A stretch of 64,000 nt of DNA from the IMG/VR virus record IMGVR_UViG_3300010354_005141, positions 1,143-65,142 of that record; one strand, 5' to 3'. A program made the translations under genes and the position numbers. Under the pieces are notes generated by a model. The model made no database searches and had not been told where the DNA came from. It worked only from the letters and a program-made list of their open reading frames with translations. How positions within the stretch are numbered: the first letter of the stretch is position 1; each line of letters opens with the position of its first letter. Below, piece after piece: positions 48,843 through 58,732 of the stretch. This DNA is from a virus. Lineage: Duplodnaviria > Caudoviricetes.

Positions 48843-49352
48843 ATGAACATTTTTATCGACATGGACGATGTTGTAGCCGATTGGCATGGTCGCGCACAAG
48901 AAGTACTAAAACGACGATGGAATAAAAATGGTGACAGAATTCCTCAGGCTGAATGGGATAAAATTAAAAGTGATATTAGATTCTATAGGTACTTGCCTTT
49001 GATGCCAGGCGCAAACGAATTAGTTAATATGTGCAAAGATTATATTAAACGTAATCCTCAATATTGTTTGCGATTCCTTACTGCTTTGCCGCATGACTAC
49101 AGTATGCCGCTGGCTGCACAAGATAAAGTTTGGTGGGCACATGATTACTTTCCTGGCATCGATGTTACATTTGGACCATTTAGTCATGACAAATGGAGAC
49201 ATTGTCAACAGCCGGGAGATATACTAATCGACGATAGGCATAGCAACTGTAGAGAATGGATTAATGCAGGCGGCATTGCACACGTCTATACTACATGGGA
49301 TAACTGTAAACCTTGGCTTAGGAGTGTATTAAATGACTCAGACGTTTCGTAA
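48843..49352 (+). CDS. HAD-family 5'(3')-deoxyribonucleotidase
   Basis: IFIDMDDVVAD, ILIDDR..N..W..AGG. Confidence 0.85.
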   Translation: MNIFIDMDDVVADWHGRAQEVLKRRWNKNGDRIPQAEWDKIKSDIRFYRYLPLMPGANELVNMCKDYIKRNPQYCLRFLTALPHDYSMPLAAQDKVWWAHDYFPGIDVTFGPFSHDKWRHCQQPGDILIDDRHSNCREWINAGGIAHVYTTWDNCKPWLRSVLNDSDVS

Positions 49353-49500
49353 CTGGTGTGTAGAAAAATGGTATGAACACTGCGATGAAGTTCTTGCATG
49401 GACAGGTCATAGTCCGGAATACCGAAGTCGAGAATATTTTTTAAAGTATCGCTGGTGGCTGCGAAGGGAATATCAAAGCCAAATGAAGAAAATTAAATAA
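49333..49500 (+). CDS. 55-aa Trp-rich hypothetical protein
   Basis: Not in the track; MTQTFRNWCVEKWYEHCDE...YRWWLRREY; AGGAG RBS; TAATG coupling. Confidence 0.55.
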   Translation: MTQTFRNWCVEKWYEHCDEVLAWTGHSPEYRSREYFLKYRWWLRREYQSQMKKIK

Positions 49501-49859
49501 TGGAACTTAGCATATTTGGGTTACTAGCCCTATTGTTCATTAAACACTGGTACATTGACTTTGCCCATCAATCTCGTGAAGAAATTATGGGTAAGGTTAA
49601 TTACGGAGACATATCTGGCATCATACACAGTTTCAAACACGGCATAGGTACTGTAATAGTAATGCTAATGTCAGCAGTTAACTGGCCCAGTGCAGTTATT
49701 TTGGGAATATTAGACTTTGTTACACACTACCATATTGATTGGTTAAAAATGAAATACGGTGCTATTGTAACCAAAGATGATAATTTTTGGAATCATCTAG
49801 GACTTGACCAGCTGGCGCATTATCTAGTATATTTGTTTATTGTCTGGACTCTTGTATGA
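49500..49859 (+). CDS. DUF3307-like membrane protein
   Basis: KHWYIDF...HYHIDW...LGLDQLAHYL. Confidence 0.7.
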   Translation: MELSIFGLLALLFIKHWYIDFAHQSREEIMGKVNYGDISGIIHSFKHGIGTVIVMLMSAVNWPSAVILGILDFVTHYHIDWLKMKYGAIVTKDDNFWNHLGLDQLAHYLVYLFIVWTLV

Positions 49860-50134
49860 TATACTTTAATTTCAATTTACGAAATCCCTGGGGTGTTGAT
49901 AGATTTGCTAATATCAAATGTTGGCATGGATCTACTCCTATCAAACACAAATACTGGGAAGTGCAAATTATTAAATGTTATAACTTAATCAGATTTGAAT
50001 TTGGATTTACTATTAGACAAGATCATGCAGGGTTAAACCTAGAACTAGGATTGTTTGGGTACGAAATACATTTTACAATTTACGATAACCGTCACTGGGA
50101 TTACGAAGCGGGTCGATGGGTAATTCACCAATAA
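49856..50134 (+). CDS. Hypothetical protein
   Basis: Coupled ORF. Confidence 0.6.
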   Translation: MIYFNFNLRNPWGVDRFANIKCWHGSTPIKHKYWEVQIIKCYNLIRFEFGFTIRQDHAGLNLELGLFGYEIHFTIYDNRHWDYEAGRWVIHQ

Positions 50135-50148
50135 CAAGGAGAAGGAAA

Positions 50149-50325
50149 ATGGAATACGCTTTAGTTGCATGGGTCACTGTATCATCAACTTTCTGCGGTA
50201 TGTTTCATAAAGATTGGAGACAGATAGCAACATTCAAAACTCAGGGCAAAGAACTAGCTCTAGATAAATGCGAAGCGGCTGCTAAAGAAATGGACCTATC
50301 TAAGTATAAATGCATTAAGATTTAA
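50149..50325 (+). CDS. Hypothetical protein
   Basis: Start refined using a purine-rich RBS. Confidence 0.55.
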   Translation: MEYALVAWVTVSSTFCGMFHKDWRQIATFKTQGKELALDKCEAAAKEMDLSKYKCIKI

Positions 50326-50326
50326 T

Positions 50327-50605
50327 ATGAAAAAAGTTCAAGTTGGAATGTTCAAACTACCAGGTCTATCATTTGATAAAGGTGAAATCACCCCTGAGTT
50401 AAATGAAGAAATGATTGCCTGGGCCAAAGCAGAAGGTGTCGGTATGAACATGACTGAAAGTCTTTGGTCATTTAAAAAAGAAGCGCACAGAGAATGGTTT
50501 ATCCTGCGTTGGATTGATCATATTCCTAAGCCGGAAAAATTAGAATTAAACAGTGACTTTGATCAGGGAATTAAATCTTTGTTTGGATCATTAAACATCA
50601 AATGA
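50327..50605 (+). CDS. Small protein of the FxLxW family
   Basis: FKKEAHREWFILRW. Confidence 0.6.
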   Translation: MKKVQVGMFKLPGLSFDKGEITPELNEEMIAWAKAEGVGMNMTESLWSFKKEAHREWFILRWIDHIPKPEKLELNSDFDQGIKSLFGSLNIK

Positions 50606-50820
50606 CATCTGAAGTAGTCATTTACGATTTAGATTCTAATGAAATTAGCACAGTTGTAAAGGAACTTAAAGATAAAGGTTATAGGGTAGGTGTTGATTTT
50701 GACTTTGCATACTCGACTGGTAAGTTCGATTGGACTACACATGAGACTATACCTAGACAAACAACGTTTACTATCTATAATTCAAAGTTAGCAACTTGGT
50801 TTATTTTAAAGTGGAGTTAA
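50602..50820 (+). CDS. Small protein of the FxLxW family
   Basis: YNSKLATWFILKWS. Confidence 0.6.
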   Translation: MTSEVVIYDLDSNEISTVVKELKDKGYRVGVDFDFAYSTGKFDWTTHETIPRQTTFTIYNSKLATWFILKWS

Positions 50821-50822
50821 CT

Positions 50823-51116
50823 ATGAAAAAGAAAAGACTGCTAACTGATAGAACAAATGGCTTAGAAGATGAGCTAATGACCAAGATGTCACTGCAAATG
50901 CAACAAGAAATAGACGCTGAAGTTTTACGCTCGATGTTTAAAAAGTTAGGCTGGTATGAAATTGTTCTAGCACCGATGACAGCAGAAACTGGTGCTGCTA
51001 TTGATGATTGGGTAAAAGAAAATATCAAAGGTAGAAGTCACTGGGCACACGGCCTTGTTTGGATGTTTGAAGATGTCAAAGATGCTAATTGGTTTAAGTT
51101 AAGGTGGTTAGCGTGA
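50823..51116 (+). CDS. Small protein of the FxLxW family
   Basis: FEDVKDANWFKLRWL. Confidence 0.6.
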   Translation: MKKKRLLTDRTNGLEDELMTKMSLQMQQEIDAEVLRSMFKKLGWYEIVLAPMTAETGAAIDDWVKENIKGRSHWAHGLVWMFEDVKDANWFKLRWLA

Positions 51117-51295
51117 TTAAAACTCTAATACCAGAACATACCTACGACGTCATTGAAGTAGAAGGTGACATAAAATCTGCCATCGATTGGTGTAATAAAA
51201 CATTCGGACCTCCTGGCGAACGTTGGTTTTTGTCTAACTATAGATTTTATTTTGCCAGAGAAAAAGACGCTATGTGGTTTGAAATGAGGTTCTAA
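51113..51295 (+). CDS. Small protein of the FxLxW family
   Basis: FAREKDAMWFEMRF. Confidence 0.6.
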   Translation: MIKTLIPEHTYDVIEVEGDIKSAIDWCNKTFGPPGERWFLSNYRFYFAREKDAMWFEMRF

Positions 51296-51547
51296 ATGGA
51301 AGATTTCGATCAAGAAGAGTTTTTCAAAAAACGCAATCAATACTGGAGAGCCATTCATGCTATGCGTCCAGAATATATGGAAGAAGTTAAAGGAGATTAT
51401 AGTATGAATCGTCCCAGTGTACATTACTGGGCGGAGCAAAAGTATGGATTTCAAATGGAGGCCGATAGCACTGGTAACTATACTGAAAACTATACAGTGA
51501 CCGACCCTAAGAAATTTATGTTGTTTCAAATAAAGTATTGGCGGTGA
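51296..51547 (+). CDS. Small protein of the FxLxW family (divergent)
   Basis: VTDPKKFMLFQIKYW. Confidence 0.55.
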   Translation: MEDFDQEEFFKKRNQYWRAIHAMRPEYMEEVKGDYSMNRPSVHYWAEQKYGFQMEADSTGNYTENYTVTDPKKFMLFQIKYWR

Positions 51548-51548
51548 T

Positions 51549-51788
51549 ATGGCAAGTCTAGCAGAATATTTTGAAAAAAACAGATACAAACCAAAATACT
51601 TTTTAGGTGATAGAGTATTTGGATACTGGAATAAGATTCCATTTATTGGTACAGTGGGTAACGACACAGTAATCAGCGAGATTGAGGGACCTAGGATTAG
51701 TGTGTTTTTAGATTTGCCTATCAAGTATAAAGATAAAGTACATACTATTATAATCGTAAAACACAAAGATGTTAAGCCAAGGAAATAA
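51549..51788 (+). CDS. Small beta-rich (SH3-like) hypothetical protein
   Basis: LGDRVFG...GTVGND. Confidence 0.55.
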   Translation: MASLAEYFEKNRYKPKYFLGDRVFGYWNKIPFIGTVGNDTVISEIEGPRISVFLDLPIKYKDKVHTIIIVKHKDVKPRK

Positions 51789-51790
51789 AA

Positions 51791-52165
51791 ATGTATGATG
51801 ATGAACTTCGAGACTTCTGCAGAAAGTTTGAAGCAGACGTAAGGCGTAGCGACAAACGGTTTAGGCGAGTGCGGCGCATGGGACCTTTTTCTTATCATGA
51901 CCTTGATTCAAAACTGTCAGAGATTGCATTCTTACCTTACGACGAAGAACCGTTAGTTGAAATATCCTTGCCGCAGGACAGGTTTAGACACTTGATTGAA
52001 ATGGAACGTTGGTTGAGTAAAATCGAAAGAGAGTATCAGGGCGCAAAAAAATTTATAGATGACGAACAACGTGCAAAATGGATTAGATCAAAGGACGCTA
52101 GGGTAGCAAAGGCCTATGAAAAATATATTATTTTATTAAGAATGGTGGAGAACGATTATGATTAA
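51791..52165 (+). CDS. Hypothetical protein
   Basis: AAGGAA RBS. Confidence 0.6.
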   Translation: MYDDELRDFCRKFEADVRRSDKRFRRVRRMGPFSYHDLDSKLSEIAFLPYDEEPLVEISLPQDRFRHLIEMERWLSKIEREYQGAKKFIDDEQRAKWIRSKDARVAKAYEKYIILLRMVENDYD

Positions 52166-52547
52166 AGGTATTACAGGGGGAAAGTACATAATGGTGCAGG
52201 GAGGATCCTCTAGTGATCCTTATATCTCACCGGGCGCAGCAGGTGCAGGAATGATGCGTTGGAATCCCAATATGAACTGTGTGGAAGTTAACGACGGCAG
52301 CATGTGGAAACAAATGGGTACGTCCTATGCAACTATTACGTTAGACACAGAAGCAGAAAGTATTCTAAATTGGGCGCGACTAGAACGTGAAAAGCAGCGT
52401 CTTAGAGAAAAACGTATCCAAGAAAACCCAGCACTAAAGAAAGCCTATGAAGCTATTCTACGTGCAGAAGAAAATTATGACATATTGGATCGAATTGTAG
52501 GCGATAATGTCAGCAGTGAATCCGAACGGGTACAGGCAAGTCCTTAA
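52158..52547 (+). CDS. Hypothetical protein
   Basis: GGAG RBS. Confidence 0.6.
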   Translation: MIKGITGGKYIMVQGGSSSDPYISPGAAGAGMMRWNPNMNCVEVNDGSMWKQMGTSYATITLDTEAESILNWARLEREKQRLREKRIQENPALKKAYEAILRAEENYDILDRIVGDNVSSESERVQASP

Positions 52548-52891
52548 TGGCCATTAACGCTATCAAATCCGACTCGGGATATCTAGGAGAAACTCCTAGT
52601 AATCCTACGTATGAAGTAATGGTTATCGATGGTCAAGCTCGTCGAATACACAAAGTAGTAGTACATAGATTTAGAGTAGGCGACAGTGAAGATCCTGAAA
52701 TATATGCAGCCCAACCTTTGATAGAATGGGAGCGTAGCGAAGAAGGACAGTGGATCATGAGTCATGCTATTGAGCCTCCAATGTGGCATAGACATTTAGA
52801 TTACAACACATACGGACATCAGTTTGCCATTACAGCCAAACTAATAGATCGCGACTTTACCTTTTGGACTCTTAAATGGAACAGTCGTTAG
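52547..52891 (+). CDS. Small protein of the FxLxW family
   Basis: LIDRDFTFWTLKWN. Confidence 0.6.
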   Translation: MAINAIKSDSGYLGETPSNPTYEVMVIDGQARRIHKVVVHRFRVGDSEDPEIYAAQPLIEWERSEEGQWIMSHAIEPPMWHRHLDYNTYGHQFAITAKLIDRDFTFWTLKWNSR

Positions 52892-53145
52892 ATATAGAAA
52901 AATTAGTCAAAGAATACATGCGTAACTTTTGCAAGCACTATAGATTACCCTATGGTTTTGCAGAAGAATATGACCTATTAGTTTGGTGTAATCAAATTGG
53001 CAAGAGATATAAAGATTGGACTTATTACAAAGGACATTATAAAGATCCGTTTGTCACTTTAAGTATTAGAGACCCCAAATGGGCTACACTTTTTGAGCTT
53101 CGCTGGGGACATTTAATCAAAGAAACTGTTGACCGATTTAACTAG
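52876..53145 (+). CDS. Small protein of the FxLxW family
   Basis: IRDPKWATLFELRWG. Confidence 0.6.
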   Translation: MEQSLDIEKLVKEYMRNFCKHYRLPYGFAEEYDLLVWCNQIGKRYKDWTYYKGHYKDPFVTLSIRDPKWATLFELRWGHLIKETVDRFN

Positions 53146-53157
53146 ATACTGTATACT
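53129..53157 (+). promoter_or_regulatory. sigma70-like promoter
   Basis: TTGACC-17 nt-TATACT. Confidence 0.6.
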
Positions 53158-53188
53158 CTAACTGTCATTAACTCCCGTAGGTTTTGCA

Positions 53189-53659
53189 GTGAAAAAAGTT
53201 TTCTATGAAAAGGTAGGCAGGCGATATGTGCCTGTACGAGAGTACGACAGTGACTTCCTAGATGCGTTTCCTAAAGGAACTCATATTATCATGAGTTATC
53301 CTGGCGGGAAGTCTACTCGCTATAACATTGATCCTGCTTACGGTCCTATGATTGCCGCAGGGCGTGTTGCTGAAGACGTTATGTGTCGTGCTATGGTCAA
53401 GGCCAGCGAACTAAAACCCAGCAAGCAACCCATTACCGAAGAGCAACGCACTGCCTGGGAAAACCTAGCTCGTGCATTTGGACAAGAAATGTACACACTA
53501 AATGGCACTAGTGTTAGTGACATTGTACAAGCAGGTGTAGAAGCGATGCAGAAAGAAGCAGACAAACTGTTGTCTAATCCTGTAGTTCGTAAAAGTTACG
53601 AACGATTTTTAATGATAGCAGCACTGACTGCTAACGAACAATCAACAGAAAAGGAATAA
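53189..53659 (+). CDS. Hypothetical protein
   Basis: YEKVGRRYVPV. Confidence 0.6.
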   Translation: MKKVFYEKVGRRYVPVREYDSDFLDAFPKGTHIIMSYPGGKSTRYNIDPAYGPMIAAGRVAEDVMCRAMVKASELKPSKQPITEEQRTAWENLARAFGQEMYTLNGTSVSDIVQAGVEAMQKEADKLLSNPVVRKSYERFLMIAALTANEQSTEKE

Positions 53660-53661
53660 AA

Positions 53662-54237
53662 ATGATTACCCTAAAAGAATTTATGGAAGTGGTAGACTAT
53701 CGTATTACTGAAGGTAGCGATTTTACTTGGCCTTGCTTTGGACCCGAATCAAAGCCCTACAGCCTGTCTAGCTGGAACGGCAACCACGACGGTTGGAGTT
53801 TTAATATTACGTTTGACACAGGCACCCAAGATGTCTATATGGTAGAAGTCTGTGACTATCTACATCAACGTGCATACCGAATTATCAATCCTCTATGGCA
53901 ACAAGCATACAATGATTACGCTGATGAGCACAACCCTGAATATAAAAACCAAGCCTGGGACAATGTCAATTATGTTGATCTAGAAAGCGACGACGACTGG
54001 ATTCAAAAGGCTCTGTCAATTAAAGCAGGCGAAGACTATGATACTCGTGTAAGCATTCCTTTGGAAATTCCTGAGGACGAACTTATGGTTCTATTCAAGG
54101 CAGCACACGACCGTGATATTACCTTCAATCAATTAGTTGAAGAAGCACTTAAGGCTGCTATTGCGGATGCAGAACGCGACCCGGAAGGATTCAAACAAAA
54201 ACACAGTAAATGGAGTAAACGCAATGAAATGGTTTGA
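53662..54237 (+). CDS. Hypothetical protein with C-terminal ribbon-helix-helix-like segment
   Basis: VSIPLEIPEDEL...AAHDRDITFNQLVEEALK. Confidence 0.55.
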   Translation: MITLKEFMEVVDYRITEGSDFTWPCFGPESKPYSLSSWNGNHDGWSFNITFDTGTQDVYMVEVCDYLHQRAYRIINPLWQQAYNDYADEHNPEYKNQAWDNVNYVDLESDDDWIQKALSIKAGEDYDTRVSIPLEIPEDELMVLFKAAHDRDITFNQLVEEALKAAIADAERDPEGFKQKHSKWSKRNEMV

Positions 54238-54559
54238 CCGTTGGTTTTATCGTCAGGCTAAAAAAGCCTGGGAAAATAAAAATCGTTATGAAGAAGATCT
54301 AGCAGTACAAATGAAAGAAAGGGCAAGTAAAACTATGTCAGGACTACAAATAGGAACAGCAATGGTAGAACGTGGGCATCCGGAAGGGCAAGATCGTATC
54401 AGTTTTGAACTAACTGCCGCAGTTGGCGGCCGTATCCTAAATGTACGTCGTTACGACGAACGTAAGGATCGCCAGGAAATGCAGACCTATGTTATTCCCT
54501 CAGGCGAAGACGTAGGCACTAGGGTGGCTAAGATCATCAACTTGGAATTGATTAAATAA
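54224..54559 (+). CDS. Hypothetical protein
   Basis: Start refined to MKWFDRW (GGAG RBS). Confidence 0.55.
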   Translation: MKWFDRWFYRQAKKAWENKNRYEEDLAVQMKERASKTMSGLQIGTAMVERGHPEGQDRISFELTAAVGGRILNVRRYDERKDRQEMQTYVIPSGEDVGTRVAKIINLELIK

Positions 54560-54563
54560 TATC

Positions 54564-54947
54564 ATGGAAGATAACATTTTTGGCCTACTGTTTGTGGGGT
54601 TTGTCTTTTGGTTAGGCATTGTCATTGGGCGTATGCAGGCAATTCAGAGGCTTGTCAAGAATTTCATGCAGGATCCCGACAGTATTCAACGCCTATTTAA
54701 AGATCTAGAACGTGTGGCCAAACAAGCAGAAGAAGCAAAACCCAAAGACCAACCTGAAGAACTTCGAGTAGAACGAGCTGGCAATCAAATTTATCTTTAT
54801 CACAAAGAAACAAACGAATTCCTAGCGCAGGGTCCAGATCTACAGTCAGCACTTGACGTAGTAGAACAACGATTCCCCCATCGTGTATTTCAAGGCCGTT
54901 TGAGCAAAGATCAAGCAGATGCTTTGGGCATTACTATTACAAAATAA
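54564..54947 (+). CDS. Protein with N-terminal membrane anchor
   Basis: Hydrophobic N-terminus; TAAATA 5 nt before the ATG. Confidence 0.6.
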   Translation: MEDNIFGLLFVGFVFWLGIVIGRMQAIQRLVKNFMQDPDSIQRLFKDLERVAKQAEEAKPKDQPEELRVERAGNQIYLYHKETNEFLAQGPDLQSALDVVEQRFPHRVFQGRLSKDQADALGITITK

Positions 54948-54960
54948 TCAACCAAACTAC

Positions 54961-54989
54961 TTGCACTGTCATAGTCTATATAGTATTAT
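54961..54989 (+). promoter_or_regulatory. sigma70-like promoter
   Basis: TTGCAC-17 nt-TATTAT. Confidence 0.5.
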
Positions 54990-55032
54990 AGATACAGCTG
55001 TCACAGACAGCATAATCTAAAAGAGGAAATTT

Positions 55033-55305
55033 ATGATTAAGCATTTTAATCCCGAGACCAAGACGTTCAAGTTGTTCAATGCACTTTATAACGGCGAAGC
55101 AGTTACTCCTGCACAAGCTCAAAAGCGCTTTGGCATCAAGAACATGTCAGCAGAAGTCAGCCGTATCCGTCAAAACGGCTACGCTGTTTATGCCAATAGC
55201 CGCAAGGCCAATAACGGTGTTACCGTTACTGAGTATGTTATTGGTCAACCCAGTCGCAAGCTAGTTGCCGCTGGTTATCGTGCCATGGCACTAGGCCTAG
55301 TCTAA
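55033..55305 (+). CDS. Winged helix-turn-helix DNA-binding protein
   Basis: GEAVTPAQAQKRFGIKNMSAEVSRIRQNGYAV; monocistronic. Confidence 0.65.
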   Translation: MIKHFNPETKTFKLFNALYNGEAVTPAQAQKRFGIKNMSAEVSRIRQNGYAVYANSRKANNGVTVTEYVIGQPSRKLVAAGYRAMALGLV

Positions 55306-55328
55306 TTAATTTTAGACACATGCTCACT

Positions 55329-55352
55329 AAGCCCGCTCTGCGGGCTTTTTTT
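55329..55352 (+). terminator. Rho-independent terminator
   Basis: AAGCCCGC-TCT-GCGGGC-T7. Confidence 0.88.
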
Positions 55353-55381
55353 ACGATAAATATTCCATCACGGAATATTAT

Positions 55382-56698
55382 ATGGGTATAATTTTAAGTA
55401 ATCTAACTGTCAGCAATGTTATAAATCCCAGCGAAGGCATATTTTTTGTTACCAGTGCAGAATACCCTCTGGATAACGTCAGCAGTGGTGCTGGAATTGC
55501 TGTAACTATTCCTACGGCAGCAGCACCTGGCGATTTGGCTATAGTTGTAGCAGGAACTGCACCGGGCGGTAATACGTGGTCTGTGACAGGGTGGAATGAA
55601 CTGACTGACAGCGGTAGTGTGCCAAATCATTTTGTAGCTTGGAGAAATGTCGTTTCTGGGGACCCTGGAACTTCCTGGACCTTTTTTCCTTCAACTGGTA
55701 GCTCTGGCGATATGGCCATTTATATTTTTAGGAACGCTTTATACGAAGGTATAGTATCAGGGCCTTCTACGGCTACTGATGGCAGCGTTTCGCATACTTT
55801 TAGTTATCAAACACTAACTGCTGGAGCAACAGTATTAAATATTGCTGTGGCTAGAGGATGGGTTACTGGCGGTGTTTTAAGAGAAGGCTCTGCAAATTCT
55901 AGATGGTATAATTTACCTCAGTACGATCATACTGGATCAGGAGCTGCCAATCACATAGCTATTAATCTTGCCACTGCTGTGATTGCTGGCACTGGGCAAG
56001 TATTAAATCAAGCAATACAATGGACTGCTGTTACGGCCCAGGCCAGTAATATTAGTATTGCTCTACGAGAACGTCAGCCAATTAGAATTATTGCTACACA
56101 AAGCACTACTAACATCAATAACACAATTACGCCAACTTTGGGTGCCACACCGCAGGTTGGCGATTTGGTTTTAGTATTTCTCAGTACTCAGGCTACCGGT
56201 GCACAGACTTGGACAGCACCTTCAGGGTGGACTGAAGTAGCAGATGCTGGTGCTGCGCCGGGTAGCAGTATTGCTTACAGAATATGGGCCACAGGCGACA
56301 CTGCTGTTGGGCAGTTTCTCTGCTCAACCGCTGATACATTATTTGCACATACTGTGATTGTACGAGATGCTGCTTATGCCAGTGCTACAGCTTATACAAC
56401 TAGCGGATCTGGCACTAGCATCACTGTTGCAGATACTATAGCACCTACAGCCAATTGTCTAGGGTTTATACATTATGTCACGCACAACGACGGAGGTGCA
56501 GCATTGACTGTGCCCAGTGATCTTGTTCAGGTAACTAGCCTAGTTTCAGGAACTTATAGACAGACAATTTTTAGACAATATCGATCAACAGCAGGTGCTG
56601 GTACTGGCTCAAGAACCATAACAAGAGCAACCAGTAGTGGAGCCAGCGGTGGTGCATTGGTATTAGTTCGGCCAGCTATAACTGGCAACGGTATATAA
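55382..56698 (+). CDS. Putative virion surface/adhesin protein (two copies of a beta-rich domain)
   Basis: GDL...W..(P).GW.E..D.G..P twice; TAAATA at 55357. Confidence 0.6.
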   Translation: MGIILSNLTVSNVINPSEGIFFVTSAEYPLDNVSSGAGIAVTIPTAAAPGDLAIVVAGTAPGGNTWSVTGWNELTDSGSVPNHFVAWRNVVSGDPGTSWTFFPSTGSSGDMAIYIFRNALYEGIVSGPSTATDGSVSHTFSYQTLTAGATVLNIAVARGWVTGGVLREGSANSRWYNLPQYDHTGSGAANHIAINLATAVIAGTGQVLNQAIQWTAVTAQASNISIALRERQPIRIIATQSTTNINNTITPTLGATPQVGDLVLVFLSTQATGAQTWTAPSGWTEVADAGAAPGSSIAYRIWATGDTAVGQFLCSTADTLFAHTVIVRDAAYASATAYTTSGSGTSITVADTIAPTANCLGFIHYVTHNDGGAALTVPSDLVQVTSLVSGTYRQTIFRQYRSTAGAGTGSRTITRATSSGASGGALVLVRPAITGNGI

Positions 56699-56714
56699 TA
56701 AGGACATAATTTAA

Positions 56715-57407
56715 ATGGGTGTAATAATCAACAATCTCGTAACTAACAATTTGGTCATGCATGCCAATCCTATCTATTTGGTAGGCAGTAGTGTGGCCTC
56801 TAACAACAGCGGCAGCGGCAATATAACTGTGACTCAAAGCACTGCTATTCGTGCAGGTGATCTACTGGTCACTGTGGGCTCAGGCAATGCTTCGGGTGGC
56901 AATCAACTTTGGTCAGCCAGCACAGGCGCATCAGGTACCACTTGGACCGAAGCTGCGGATCAAGGCACCGCGCCTAACCTCTATGTGGCCTATAAAACGG
57001 CTGTGGCAGCTGATGCAGGGTTTGTTCAGACCTATAATTGGGTGTTGAGTCAGAGCGTGGCCGTACACACCTTGATCTTTAGATACGCACAGTGGGATGC
57101 CATTGGCAGCATAGCAACGGGCACGGGCACAGGTTCGCTGACTGTGCCCGCTGTGACCACCACTGCTGACAATGCACATATAATCCTGTTCTTTGCCGGT
57201 ACAGATATGACTTCGCAGTCAGTGCCTGTGCCACCGTTTAACACTGTCAGCGGGCCGACAACCACAGGCGGCACACCCGTGGGTTCTAACACTGTGTTGA
57301 CCAGACTACAGGCCACTGCTGGGTCATCAGGCACTACCAATGTGGCTGCTACAAACGGTACTGGAGCCAGAGCTGCGGTACAACTAGCTGTAAAACCTGC
57401 AATCTAA
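56715..57407 (+). CDS. Paralogous adhesin-like protein (one domain copy)
   Basis: AGDLLV...TTWTEAADQGTAPNLYVAYK. Confidence 0.6.
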   Translation: MGVIINNLVTNNLVMHANPIYLVGSSVASNNSGSGNITVTQSTAIRAGDLLVTVGSGNASGGNQLWSASTGASGTTWTEAADQGTAPNLYVAYKTAVAADAGFVQTYNWVLSQSVAVHTLIFRYAQWDAIGSIATGTGTGSLTVPAVTTTADNAHIILFFAGTDMTSQSVPVPPFNTVSGPTTTGGTPVGSNTVLTRLQATAGSSGTTNVAATNGTGARAAVQLAVKPAI

Positions 57408-57415
57408 GGATCAGT

Positions 57416-58732
57416 ATGGGATTAATAGCCAATAATTTGATTATAAACAACAGTCAATTTACTGAAGAAATACAGTTTATAGATTCTGTTTCTGCAAGTC
57501 ATACAGAAACTACCAGTGGTTCTATTACTCAAAGTAGCCTAATACAAGCAGGTGATCTTTTGATAGTCTACATATCTGGTAACAATAGTGTTGGTAGGTC
57601 CTATTCGGCCGGTGCTGCTGCTGGCGGAACTACCTGGATCGAAGTCATGGATGCTTCGTTCTCACCCAGTCTATTCGTAGCTTATAAACGAGCTGTGGCA
57701 GCTGACAGTTCTTATGTACAAAACTGGACTTGGTCTGGGACTCAAAGTGCAGGTATTAATCTATTGGTTTATAGACATGCTCAATGGGGGTTTTTTGGCC
57801 AATACAACAGTTCTACAGGCACTAATCAAATTACTGTGCCCAGTGTCAGAGTAGACAAGGTCAACAGCAGGGCCATTACAATTTTTGCTCAAAGTCAGGG
57901 CAATCAAGCAACTTTTGGTCTGCCCAGTCCTGGAGTGCAACTAGCGGCTCTTAGTTTTGGCAGTAGTCCCGTAGCTGCAAATTTCAGTGCATGGAGAACA
58001 ATACCTGCTGGCACCAGTACGGGCGTAGTGGGCATAGGTGGTGGTGGAGCAGCATCAGGCAATTCAGCAGCAATACAGGTAGTGATCAAACCCATTGATA
58101 ATATACGTATTTTGTCTATTGATGGTGGAACCACTTCAGGCAGTGGCACTCCAGCACTGATCAGTCATGACTATCAACAGGCCGAGCCGGGTGATCTCAG
58201 CATTTTAATAATAGCACATACCCAAGCTACGGGAAATGTCACTTGGACAGCACCTGCAGGTTGGACTGAAGTTAATGATCAAGGCACACCCCCAGGACTG
58301 TTTATCATGTACAAAGAACTGGCCTCCACTGACATTGGACAGTTTAACTATGTATTTCCCACACCTTCAGGTTCATTTACTGCCCTTGCTAGATATATTC
58401 ATTTACGCAACGCCAATTGGGGTTCAATTGGCGCGACCATTACCAGCACGGCCGATCAAGTGACCTCGGTACCCAGTGTTACTACTACCAGCAGCAACTC
58501 ATTTATAATATTAATTGCTGCGGGCACAGCAGCTTCAGGACCTGTCACAGCTGGCTCAGAATTTAACCTTACCAGCAATTCGGCTTCGGGCGTGGATTCT
58601 CTAAGAGTTGATATTCGATCTAGAATACAGAATCAAATAGGTGCAACTGGTACAGCCACTATATCTTGGCCAGCACCCAGCACAGGCAGCAACAACCTAG
58701 CAGTACAGATAGCGTTAAATCGTAAATGGTAA
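57416..58732 (+). CDS. Paralogous adhesin-like protein (two domain copies)
   Basis: AGDLLIV...; PGDLSI...WTAPAGWTEVNDQGTPP. Confidence 0.6.
   Translation: MGLIANNLIINNSQFTEEIQFIDSVSASHTETTSGSITQSSLIQAGDLLIVYISGNNSVGRSYSAGAAAGGTTWIEVMDASFSPSLFVAYKRAVAADSSYVQNWTWSGTQSAGINLLVYRHAQWGFFGQYNSSTGTNQITVPSVRVDKVNSRAITIFAQSQGNQATFGLPSPGVQLAALSFGSSPVAANFSAWRTIPAGTSTGVVGIGGGGAASGNSAAIQVVIKPIDNIRILSIDGGTTSGSGTPALISHDYQQAEPGDLSILIIAHTQATGNVTWTAPAGWTEVNDQGTPPGLFIMYKELASTDIGQFNYVFPTPSGSFTALARYIHLRNANWGSIGATITSTADQVTSVPSVTTTSSNSFIILIAAGTAASGPVTAGSEFNLTSNSASGVDSLRVDIRSRIQNQIGATGTATISWPAPSTGSNNLAVQIALNRKW

Noticed and set aside
51125-51898. 257-aa minus-strand ORF
   Set aside because: Antisense to several tightly packed plus-strand genes; no recognisable motif.
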